Positions 29,101-41,030 of a stretch of DNA of 64,000 nucleotides are shown here, one piece after another. This stretch comes from Spizellomyces punctatus DAOM BR117 (Eukaryota). The notes below the pieces were generated by a model. It made no database searches and had not been told where the DNA came from. It saw only the letters and a list, made by a program, of their open reading frames with translations. The position numbers were made by a program, and so were the translations under genes. Where the stretch lies: assembly GCA_000182565.2 (NCBI GenBank), contig KQ257466.1; one strand, 5' to 3'. The stretch's first letter is position 1; every line of letters starts with the position of its first letter.

Positions 29101-32100
29101 TCGCTCGCTGTCCTTTGCTGCCTCAGAGAATGTACCAACTGGTACGTTTACTGCACTCTGTGGAGGCTTCTTGGCCGGAGTGATCGTTAAGACGCGCCTT
29201 GGTGTTGGGCTACTGATCTTCGGTGGCGGTGTTCCGGACGGCATGACAGGAGTTTGCGGCCGACTTTGTGTCGCACTACTTCCACCACTATCAGCGCCCT
29301 CTATGACCGCTTGAGACAGGTTTGGCGTCCTTGGTGAGCGCAGCACGTCCACAGAGCCAGATTGCTGATGGTCGTCTCCATCGCGTTCCCCATCAATGCC
29401 CGGACCAGACTGCGGTCCAGTCTTTCTTACCATAAAGTTGCTGCTCTTTTGTTTCCATATAGGTGGTGCAATAATTCCAGGTCCTTTCGTTCCAACGTCC
29501 CATTTACCTTCTCCTTTCCCATCCAAATTCCTTTTTTCTGACGACGCGGCTGCGTCCAACGCACTGGTATCCTCCGTATTTTCCTCCGCCTGCCATCCAC
29601 CCCCTCCTAGTCGCGTGACTAGCTGTAATTCCTCCTCATTCCGCCATTCATTCCCGGGGGTTCCGCCCTCGCCATCATCGCGGCGACCCGCTCGGCTACC
29701 AAGTCGCGCCGATCCTGTTCCCGTTGCCTCTCCCGGAGATGCTCCTGTCGGACTTCCCTTTCGCGAAGGTACTGACGAATCAAATCCTCGCGCATGATCT
29801 CCTTCGCTCGCAGAGATGCTGCCGCCCCACTCTCCAAACCTTACTTATTCCGCATGCCAAAAAGGTTGCATTTGATGGCGACAGCGATTCGTGGATTCAG
29901 ATCCAGATATGGGAGAGAGGGAGCATAAAATGAAGGAGGAAGGATTAATAAGGTATGCAAAACCAAAAACCAATCTTTCCATTAATAAACGGCGTTATCT
30001 ACAAATACTACGCAAATATTACAAGCAGCGCCACAATGATATGCTTCCGCTCGCTCGAAAAATGAAGATATCACAGACACCACATTTCTTGAGATATAGC
30101 GCTCCTCATTCATTGAATCCCATCCAAAACGGTACTCCTGCCGGTAAGGATGGGACCGATAGGACATTTCAGTGACGCAGCAAACTGGCTGCTCTTGTAT
30201 AACCGTACCCATCATCCATTTCGGTAGTCCCGACGTAATCGGGAGGGGTAGTACTCACCATTAGTGACATAACCGGGTCCGAGTGCAGAAGTTCCAGGAG
30301 GTGACGGCCACTCTTGCTGGTAATCAAGCGATTGGCCTTGACTTGGGGCAACACCCTCAAAAGTTCTAGGTCTTGTGCGCCCTTCAAACCCAGGGGCAGC
30401 ACCGCCAGCAGTAGGATTATTCAGTTTGACCGACATTATTGCCGGGTCCCGAAATGATACTTCCCCTCTGCTCTGCCCTGCACCGGCAGCAGCGCGCATC
30501 TGAAGCTCACGGATTTGGTCTTGGCGAATGTGAGTCTCTCGTAACTGGGCATCTCTAAGGAGCTGACCAATTAGTTCATCTTGAGGTTGCTGATGTGGGT
30601 GCAAGCTGTGGGGAACACCAGCGAAATGCTGTTGCTGTTGCTGCATCTGAGCCAAGCGAAGCTGTTGAAGTTGGCTTAGAAGGTGTGGCTGTACTTGCTG
30701 ATTATGCGAAAGAGAGGAAAGGTACTGCTGCTGATGGAGTAATTGTTCTTGCTGACGCATTGCAAGCGAATTGCTAGATCCATACTGCTGCTGTCCAGCA
30801 ACGCCGCGCAGGCCCCCTTGGAACGCCATTTGCTGGGTCTGAGAACGCAGAGGGAACCCCTGTCCATGGGACCACGCCTCGGCTGACGCATCTGGGACAG
30901 CTAGCTTGCTAGGACTGAAGCTTTCACCCCACCGGGCCTCGGCTTCAGACAGACTCCCACTTGCAAATGACACATTGACGTTTGGGAACATTGCTCGAAA
31001 CGACTCCTAGACAGCAATTCCGAAAGCCCTAAGCCAGACACTCTCATGTAAAGACCAATACGCAGCAGGAAACTTACCTGAACGGTTTTGGATTCTTCCT
31101 TCGGTTTCTCACCGGCGTCGCTTGCATCAAATGAACCATCCGCATCGGAAATTTGCCCATTTCCGAAAAAGCGTTCAAATCGACTGCGTTGTCCACTATC
31201 GCTCGCGCGTGAGTTTGACCTCGGTGGAGCCTGGGTTTCGTGAAATGCATCAAATCTACCGCCTTCGGCATTTGGCGTTGGAATGGCCAAGCTTGATACC
31301 CCATTCGAACCAAACCCGGAGCCCTCTTCCTGTAAAGGTACCGATATAGTCGCAAAGACAGCTAACGGATCTTCTCTGAAGGGGTCAAACGGGCCAATGT
31401 ACTTTGGATGTAAGATGAATCCCATAGCGCTAGGTGACACTGCATCGTCCAGTTCATCCTGGGAAGTTGGCTTACTAGCATTTTCTTCACTTGCACGCTT
31501 GACTACGCCAGGTGAAGATCCCTTTACAGCTTGTTGATCGCCTGACTCATCGAGTGCGCGGGATCCCATTACTTGTTCCACTTCCGGGGTACCCGGTAGG
31601 GACAGCTCCTGTTGGTTGGCCATAGTTGACGCGAACCCAGGAGGTAGATCAGACACTGCTAGTTTGTTCTTTCCCTTCGCTTTGCGATCAGCACCGAGCT
31701 GAATAGAGGCCACTTGTCCCAACTGCGAGGAAGATTTCTGTCGCAAAGGTCCTAGATTCGAATCATAGACATCGTCCATATCCATCTCGGGACTCCTCGG
31801 TGGACCAGATGCTGACGACGACATGGAAGATATACTTGCCGCTGAGTAGTGATGTGCGCCTTGCGGCCGTGCAACTGGCTTTGCCCTGTAACAGCAGGAT
31901 ACCAAACTTAGTACGACGATTTGTGAGCGGTCAAACATGAAATCACGCACCAGCTGGCGGTTGGAGGTAAAGCGCTCTCCTCCTTCTCCTCCTTCTTGCC
32001 CCCTAATGTTATTGGGAATGGTGGTGGTTTGGGATTCCGTTCTCGTAGTTGCATACGACTGGAGCACAAAAATACTTAGTAAGAGCGAATTGCGTTGTAA

Positions 32101-32995
32101 ATTCCGAGACAAGCAGGTATACCTCAGCTCCTCTTTGGCAAAAGAGTCCGCCTCTTCTCCAGGCTCATGAAGAAATTGACATCCTGGGTTTTGACACGGC
32201 TGATTCTTCAAAAAGGACGCACAATATTTCGTAGTGCCGTAAGTCGCGCTAAAAGAACATCTCTATGAGTCTGGCACGAAGGTAAACATTTCACCATTTC
32301 ACCATACCGTATGATCTTTCCATCATAAACACTTCCATCCACTGCTTCAATAGCTCGAGCGGCTTCTTCCTTTCTTGTAAAGGTAATGTACACTCCAGTG
32401 TTGGGTACTTGAGCGAGAACAGGTGTATGGCTATGGGCCCGTCGGTTGACCACCACACGAGTGATCTTGCCATACTGTCCAAAATAATCTTGTGATCGCA
32501 AGATGTCTTCGGACGCAATTTTTGGTGGCAATCCAAGCACGTAAACCAAGTTCTTTTGTACGATGCGAACATTGGCCAAATGTCTTCTGGACATTTGATC
32601 TTGCTCTTTCCTTTCCCGCTCCTTCTTTTTCTTAGCAGCCTTAATACGTGCAATTCTGTATCCGAAACGTCAACAGCATGTAGGGACTAAAATATGCTAC
32701 GACAAAGTGCTTACTCTTCGGGTGGCACCGGACGGAACTCCACGGTGTCTTCGGAATAGGGTCGACGACATGCTGGGCAAAGGCCATTCAAGTTCTCTTT
32801 GATATGATTCCAACAAAACCGACAAATCTACAATTGATAAAATGAGTATACTAGCTTGTATATTCACCACACCTGTACTTGTACGAAACTCACCTGATAA
32901 CCGCAAGGACAAGGTTTAAAGTATCGATCTGTTATGTCGATCTCCTCCATACAGAGGGGACAATCCAAGTCCTCCTCATCCGAGGACACCGACAT
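26197..32995 (-). CDS. NOT4: CCR4-NOT E3 ubiquitin ligase Not4 (RING, RRM, CCCH finger, long low-complexity C-terminus); long isoform
   Basis: MSVSSDEEDLDCPLCMEEIDITDRYFKPCPCGYQ (C4C4 RING), RRHLANVRIVQKNLVYVLGL (RRM), TYGTTKYC...CQNPGCQFLHE. The 26197..29559 ORF has no ATG start and stays open upstream to the acceptor at 29844, so it is read as the last exon. Confidence 0.88.
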
Positions 32996-33888
32996 GTCTG
33001 TAAGATTCCAAATTTGACGTCGATGTTGGAGATATATTCAAAGCGAGGTAACTGGAGCATCCAAGAAGAATTAAAGGAAAGTCAGTAAATTTCGATGGGA
33101 GAAAGGGTCGTCATCTGACAGCGATCACTTGCTGGACGGTCATACATACCAACCAAGTTTGCTGCAGGAAGCGTGTCCTGGATGTGACTACAGCCTTCTT
33201 TATAAAAAGAGACTCGTCTTCCAGTAGCAAAAATCCCAAAAAACGGTAGCTGCCTTTCAGTTTGATGAGAGCTTTGACAGATTCCCACCCTCAGATTCGT
33301 GAGGAATCAGCTCCGTCTCAAGCCAACTCTCCTCCACTAATCTTGAAAGAATGCAAGAGAGGGTACGAGCGCTGTCCTAGGCGCCAGTGGCTATGTTTTC
33401 AAAAGTGACGCAAAAGATAGATTTGCGATGGGACAAATCCAGCGCAGTACAGAAGTCCGGACGTTCTTTTTCAAAAGGAAGCTCAAAGGGGGAGGGGGGA
33501 CAACTAGCAAAGTCTGTAACACGTGAGTTGGAGCGGGGGCCACGACAGTCACCAAAAAAGGTAGTTACCATGACAATAATATTGCAACTTTGCCACTATT
33601 ACAGGTTGAAATGAATATCACAGCCACCTATGTAACAAATATAGATCAGGAGGGGATTACCTCTGAACCTTGCCCAAGTGAAACTGCGTACTATTACGAG
33701 GAAGCTAATGAGAATCTAAAGGTAACTTTTATTTGTTCAGCTGGGTTGCATAATTTCAAATCAAAAGTTCACGGGAACTTGTTAGAAATCAGCAACAATG
33801 AAAACTATCTACACGAAATGTGCAATAACAGGCTATCCCATTCCCTCCTCCATTTCCCTCCTCCATCTCATTATACATTTCCGCTACT

Positions 33889-36421
33889 TTAATCTAATTC
33901 AATAATCGTCCCACTCCATTCAGGTAATCCAGGAACCTTTTTTTGCGGCGAAAAGATCTGGACATGGACTTTGGGGGAGCTGACTGAGGTGCTGCAAGGG
34001 GGTGAGGTTGCCCTTGGCCGTTTTTCACGACCCTGCGCTTCATTATCAGATCCCAACTCAATAACCGTATCGTCCTCGAGATGGCTTAATTTTCGTTTGA
34101 GTGTCCGTTCTTGTGGGATCTGTGCTGGTGCCCGCTCTTCCTGTGACGTTTCGTCAAATGCCGTGTCGTTTCCATTGGGTAGGATGATGCAGCGATCTGC
34201 ATTAGCATATTTTGATAGGAGGCATGCAAAGGGTGCGTCGACCAGCAGGTCCTGGCATGGGGAACAGGACGAAATGAGTACCACTCCTCAACAACTAGAT
34301 CAAATCTTTTGCTGCACTCACCCCAGGGTCTACTGGCTTTCCACAAACAGGACATTTCCATTTGCTGCCAGGGTTTTGATTGAGGGTCAAGAATGCCTTG
34401 CAGAACGCACCGTGAACAATTAGCAACCTTTATGGATATTGAGAGAGTTACGCTTACCTCGCAATCAAAGCATTGTCGGTGACGACATTTCTTACTTTTA
34501 ACAGGCACCTTTATCCTTACTAGTGTCAAAGGACACTTGAACGTGATGATCTGATTCCCCATCTGAATATCGTCGTCATCGCCATCTCTACCCATACTTT
34601 TCGTATCATCTAGTCTCGAGAGGGCTTTCTCCGCAAACAGTCTGCTAGCAACCTGTAGGGAATCAAAATGCAGCCGTCGAAATGAAGAAAATCCAGGTTG
34701 ACATTCCGTCATGGGTATATCTTCGACACCTACATTATTGAAAGATCAGCGCCATGGTACGCGGAGGAAGGTTCAAATTTAATCGACTAATACTAACCCC
34801 ATGCTTTGAGAGTCTGGCCGTAAACTCTACTCACACCCTGAAAATCGCGCTGTCAGTCGCGCTTTCTCCACCAAAAGCCATACACGTCTGATTGGATACC
34901 TCTTCGGGTGGCACACTCTTAACGCAGACTAGTGATACAATACCAGCTTGCCACCAGAGTGCTGGCCCGGTAATATGAATCCTGAATTTGGACTGTGCAA
35001 TGTTGGCCTGCATCTGTACCGTGATATCCAAGTACTGCTGGGCTTCGTGTCCCTTTTATCAACGAGGCAAGCCCGTTAGTGACGAAATGTACTGGCTCAA
35101 TCATACTTCTTACACGAATCTTACAATAAATGCTGGAACGGTAAAGTCATTCACCATGACTTTAAAGACCCGTCGTAAAGTGGCTTCCGTTAGAAATCCC
35201 CGAGCTTGGTCCGAAAAAATATGAAGCAAGAATCGATAATTAGGATCCTTCAGGCTTGATTTCCATACAGGGGAGTCATAGCTATCAAAATCGATAGTCA
35301 TCTCTGCGGTCCCCACTTCTTTCTTTGGATGCTCAAATTGACGAGATATGACTTCTGCGACAAGCTCATTTTCCATGTGGTATGAGCTACGAAGTTTACT
35401 CCTAAAATTGAGTTCGGCCGAGTCAGGAACGAAATCTTGTTGCCGTTCTCATGGCATACTCACCAGGCGTTTTCTAACAATGCTGCGGTGGGGGGATATA
35501 TTATGGTCCTTTGGACGTTCTTGCTGCGTGGTGGAGTTGAAAAATGGTCATCCACAAAGTAAGCATCGTTACCGTCACACGTGGAAGTGTTCACAACACA
35601 TTAGTTTACCCATATGAATTAGACGAGCGGGAAGCATAGGAGGTTGTGATCGGCGACCGAGGCGGAAATAGAGTATTTCGCAAGCGATCGGCGAGATCGC
35701 ATTTTCGGCCAGTTCGTCTGATACGGCAACCTTTTACCGAGTTGACGTACTTGATAAGCTCGACGAGCTAACCCGGTAAAAATCAGAAAAGCTTTGCTAA
35801 AGAGGACTTTCTTGCCTACCTCATCTTTTGTCAGTGCATGAAGGTTGCTCGGAACCTAGAGTTTTGGTAGCATTATTAGGAAACGCGTAACATGGTGCTG
35901 CATCGAAATTTCCTATACTCACTGTAAGTATTCTTTCCAAAGTCGCGCCTCCGTGCCGGCTGAAAGGCCACTGAGATTGCAAACACAGCAAGTCCCCTTC
36001 CGTCAATATGCAATAATCTTTGGGACTCTCCGATCTGGAGGACGAGCCATCACGAGTCATGCTATCTCATGAAATCTACTCAGTATCGGCGACTAGCACG
36101 CGACAGTCCTATCCAGAGCTGTTGTTACCTTGGGCAAGAACTCGAATTCTCCTTCGAAGCAGGTATACTTGGGTTCTGACGATCGTTTATTGAACTGATT
36201 GTTTGAGAGAGGCCGGTTTGGATACTACCCGTCGGAGACGAAGGCTGCTGCGGCTGTTCCAAAGGCGGCAAAGCGGGAAGAGTGGAAGGTCGGACGGACG
36301 CTGAGGTAGGTTGCGACGCTGTCGTTGATGTCGGCACGTCGTCAGACTGAGACCGCGGCTCGTCCTGCCGCGGTACGGTCCCCGACCCTGTTGGTAAATC
36401 GTGTCCAGAGGTGCCGATCAT
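33889..36421 (-). CDS. SP-RING (MIZ zinc finger) SUMO E3 ligase, Siz/PIAS/ZMIZ-like
   Basis: DDDDIQMGNQIITFKCPLTLVRIKVPVKSKKCRHRQCFDCE, WKCPVC, SIM-like motifs TVIELGSD and terminal IIELD. Upstream exons and start codon uncertain. Confidence 0.82.
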
Positions 36422-37033
36422 GCCAGGAATGTTATCATATAGCCGAGCTGGGCAACGTTAAGAGTTCAAATTAGCATCTTTTTCTCAGGCAGTTCTCGCG
36501 ATACCCTGGCGATCACAATAAGAAGCAGCACAAAATCATCTCCATACGTTCTGTCTTCCAACGATTCCCACTCAGCACCGAGCCCAAGGTGGTGCCTATC
36601 GCACCAAATGCGTCAAACGACAACTAATCACCAAGTACCTCAATAAAGATGCTCGTCGAAACTTATGAGAAGTACGGCATTGATGGACATGAGTCTCCGT
36701 CAACACGCATTGGTAAAGCCTGCTTGGTGTACTAGGGAGGCGATCTTCCTTCGTTCATCAAACCAGCTACAGTGCGGTTTCTGCGGTTCCATCTGGTTTC
36801 CGATCCAGTCTAGTTCATCAGTATGGCTTCGGTGGATGGTTTATCCCAAAGATTCAATTATTTTAACTTTATTACATTGGCCAGATGGTATGCAAACACA
36901 GAGCTGACCAGCATTCAATCATGGAAACTTGACTGTATCTGCCAAACTAAGGAAACGAGGTTCCGCATATTACATCTATGAACTGAATGGGACGATCAAT
37001 GTACATAAATCTACGATAAAACTACAGGGAGAG

Positions 37034-38004
37034 CTATCTGGTAGCCGAAGTAATTTCTTGTATGCAGGCACAAGGTAATAGACCATGTTGACCTGTCGTC
37101 TCGTTGATACCCTACGTTCAAAGAATTAGCAATTCGTTCAAAGCACACGCACAAAAAACCGATCAAACACCCACCTTTGCCCATCCGTCATTAAACAATA
37201 GACTCAATCGGACGATATCTCCCACTCGTAAATGTACTTCATCATCTGCAGCAGGTTCATAGTCATGAGCAACGGTATACCTCTTTTCTAGCACAGACGC
37301 AACGTTCAAATGTGCTCCAGATCCGTGTGCAAAGAGAGGCTTCACGGACATTTCATCGTGACCACGCGCGTGAGCCGCTTCTGTGCCTTTCGAGGGATAC
37401 CCGTTCTTTTGCCTTCGTCTACGTATCACGACAAATGCTGCGCCTGCTGCGGCTATCACAGCCACACCGGCGACGACTGGGACAATGATGACCGCTGCTG
37501 AGCGAGAGGATCCCGATGATGTTGCGTTTGACAAGGGTGTTTCACCGTTTGTAGGGACCACGTTTGGTTGTCCGTTTGGATCTGATGAAGAGGTAGGCGC
37601 GGGGGAGGACTGGGAAGGAAGAGGCGTTGATGGGGTGGGTCCGGCAGTTGAAGTGGGAGCAGCGGGGGAACTCACTGGCGACGTTTCTATCCCGTGAGAG
37701 TTACGACCGCAATTTGCGGCAAATGAAGGAATTCCCAAACAGTCAGTTGGGCAAAGGTTCTGCAGAATCCATCGTTCTAGGAATTGCGAGATGTCAACAT
37801 GTGAGGATTTCATAACACATCTAACGACATTGCAGCCATCAACTTACTGGACTGCGGATCACAGGACATGTAATTCCGACCCTGACATCCGAATACGTCC
37901 ACGGTAGGGTCACAAGCACCGCCAAGAACAACAGACTGTGCGCGCACTTGTGTGATTGCCACCAGGGCTAGCACGCTCGCAATGAGCGAATTAAGGCTGC
38001 GCAT
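37034..38004 (-). CDS. Secretory-pathway single-pass protein: signal peptide, Cys-rich CBM19-like module, Ser/Thr/Pro stalk, TM helix, C-terminal SH3
   Basis: Signal peptide MRSLNSLIASVLALVAITQVRA; GGACDPTVDVFGCQGRNYMSCDPQSKRWILQNLCPTDC; TM AAVIIVPVVAGVAVIAAAGAAFVVI followed by RRRRQK; SH3 YTVAHDYEPAADDEVHLRVGDIVRLSLLFNDGWAK/GINETTGQHGLLPCACI. Two introns. Confidence 0.85.
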
Positions 38005-39244
38005 GGCGGGTTCCGTTTACAGCAGGGGGGAAGGTGTAAATAGCGTGGTTCTTGCAGATATAAATGGGTTGAAAGCCGAGCGTTGGAAGACGATGCCGGA
38101 GGGGGGGGGGGAAGATGGGGCAACTGAAAGAAAAAGCAAGACGGCAGGGGACGAACCTTTCGCGGGCTGTGCGGGCACCATGAGTGGTTGTATCCGTAAT
38201 TCCATTCTTTCGGAAAGTACAAGATTTTCACCCCATCCAAAGAAGAGCCTCAAATTGTGAAACGTTCGCAGGGGAAACATCTTGTCCGTACGATCGGACA
38301 CACAATCCGCTTGAAAAGGGAAAAAGGCTTTGGACCTGATGACTATAATTTCATCAACAGATGAGGAATAGGGCTGGGTTTCTTGGAACACCCCATAATT
38401 TACCTATCGTTATTATCGGAAATTAAAAACATTCGTCTTGCCACATCTCACACGCTACACACATGCTACTTGCCTCTCCCTCCCGCCCGGATCACGGTGC
38501 CTGATACCGTGTGTGTGTGCGTCTTTGTGTAAGCCTCTGATCCAGATCGGCCACATTGATGCACTTTGCAGCGCTCGTCCGACTAGACAGCCTGGAAGCA
38601 ATGCACTCCGAGTTCCTGGTATGCTGTCTTCTTGGAGCTGCTTTTTGATACGTTCTGTCACCAGTCCGCAGAGACTCTTGGATTTGTGAAGCGTTTCGGG
38701 AGAGCTCGTCGTTTTGACATACCATGGTGGAGATACAGAGCCTTCGTACCAGTTTGCCCCGTAACTTACATATTTTATTGTGGCCTTGACAAAGTTTGAT
38801 GCAGGGAATTTCGATCGTTGACACCATCACCGTGGGTGACAATCAGAACCAAGGATCGGTACTGCAGCTTCATACTTGTAGGGAACAACATTTGTTTTGG
38901 GTGTGTGCTTTCATCCAGCTCTTTTAACAGTAGATTTGTCAGATACATTGCTACTTAACCTGAGGGCATGGACATGTCTCAAGCGTACTTGCAAAATAAG
39001 AATGCTTGCTGTGGACTTTGGTTGTAGCTTCTTGTCAGTTGGGGTGGATGTAATGAAACACATCCACGCTCAGTCGCGCCACTCGTCAGCCAAGATCCGT
39101 CTGAATCTGAACAGGCTGATGGCAATGCATAATCCACCCCCCGGCCATGGCATATTAAAATGGCCCAGAGGTTTGTGGCGGAATTTAGGCTTAGGACTCG
39201 TTGCAACCTGTGCTCTCTGTTTCATTGTCGATTTGTAAAGCGCT

Positions 39245-39850
39245 ATGGTAAGGACTATCCTCACAGGCATTGTGTGAAAATGTGGGCATCAAACCACCAC
39301 TCATTCATCACAGAGTTCAGGTGTGGGCATTCCTTCCGAATCGATCACTACATTTGAGGAGTTAAAGCTTGGACGTCGATATGCATATATCACATATCGT
39401 ATTTCCCCGACGGATGATGAAATAATCGTTGATCATGCTCTCGAGCGAACAGAAGCGGATGTGTTGGGAGGCAAAGCCACGTTTGAAAAGTTTGAAAAAG
39501 AGTTCCCCATAGACGAAGGACGCTTTGCGGTCATAGACATGGAATTCGATTGCGGCGGCGAAGGCGTGAGGAGCAAGCTTGTATTTTTAATGTGGTGCGT
39601 TCCGTGGGTAACCTATTGATGTCATGTCGTTGGACGGCTCAAGGTTAACCATTTGCACAGGGCACCTACGACTGCAGGGATTCGATCCCGCATGCTCTAT
39701 GCTTGCTCCAAACGTGCACTTCGTCAAAGGCTAGACGGCATTCACATGGAAGTCCAAGCGACAGATCCGTCTGAGCTAGCGTTCGAGACAGTGTTTGAGC
39801 AAGTTGCGCCTAAAGGAGCAGTGCCCGTTGCTAAGCCAACTGGGGCATGA
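39245..39850 (+). CDS. ADF/cofilin
   Basis: ATG-only first exon (39245-39247), introns 39248-39313 and 39595-39660. MSSGVGIPSESITTFEELKL, RFAVIDMEF, RSKLVFLMWAP, RMLYACSKRALR, EVQATD. Confidence 0.93.
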
Positions 39851-40213
39851 AGAGTGGGTAAATTACGGAAGGTGGCAAGGGGATATATCGTGTAGTATAC
39901 CATTGCATAGCAAACGAGCGATTTTTTTTTTTTCTTTTTTATTGGGAATAGCTGCGAGTAACTGCTACAGATCTCTATCAATACAAGAGTTCTTCTTTAG
40001 CAAAGAAGCAGTCCTCCCAAAGCAAGCTATGGAATTCATCCTAAATGTACATTGGACGATCTTAAACAAATATTCCATCGCCCAAGAATCGTTCTATTTC
40101 TACACTATATACAATTGCTTTCACGTTCCTTTGGCCGAATGTCGCAAGGTTGCACCAAGAAGGCTTGTAAATATGAGGATATATAGGTACAGGAAGAGGT
40201 ATATGAGGTATCG

Positions 40214-41030
40214 CTAGAAGCACGGTTGGTATACAAGAGATCGATCCAATTTTGGAGCGATCAGTGGATCTGGCCGCCACGGAGTTGCGTCACGAGAGAC
40301 GTAACTTGGAGTTCGGGAGAGGTGGCATTCCGTGGCAGATGATACGGGGGATGGGGAGGAGGTAGCGGCCGAAGCAGCCTGAGGATGATTGAACGATACG
40401 GGTGTGATGTAGAAGCCAGCTACCACATTGGTCGGTGTGTCAGCGTTTCGCGAGGCACGGACTTGTGCCTCTTCAGCGAGATGACGTTGTCGGTAGAGTT
40501 CGAGGGTATGCTGATGCATTTGAGCACGGATTTGTAAAACTTCTGCAATGTCCTCTCGAGTGAGGGGCGAGACGTCGATTGTGCTACGATCTGTAAACAA
40601 AAGAATGATTAGCAACTGCCAGAGAGATGATGATTGTTGAAGATGCTTTCAACATACCGTATTCATCTGAAGAAAAAGTTTCTCTGACTGCCACCATCTC
40701 GACAAATCTTACTTTTTTGGGCTGTTTGCTTGAGCCAGATCTGTCATCGTAGTTGTTTTTTTTGCTCCCGGTAGTGGCGGTGCTTGACGTGCTGCTTACA
40801 CTGACGTCGCTGGATAGCGAATCAGAGCGCCTGCGAACAGGCGGTGACGGAGGATGCGGAATAAATGCTGAACATGTAGCAACGGGCTGTGGAAGGGGCA
40901 CATATTGCTTGCGAGCGGTCGATCCCTTGCCTGCGATCGAAGGGATATGATGAAAGTGTTTCGGAGAATGCATACTGTGATGATGATGCATGGCGATCGT
41001 GGCCGCAGGCGATGGGTGAGAGAGAGGCAT
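40214..41030 (-). CDS. Low-complexity protein with RVxF motif and Phactr/Bni4-type segment (putative PP1 regulatory subunit)
   Basis: One intron (~40593-40658) joins KKVRFVEMVAVRETFSSDEY to DRSTIDVSPLTREDIAEVLQIRAQM. Confidence 0.6.

Noticed and set aside
38101-38111. Poly-G run upstream of the TM-SH3 gene
   Set aside because: Isolated homopolymer with no further structure.
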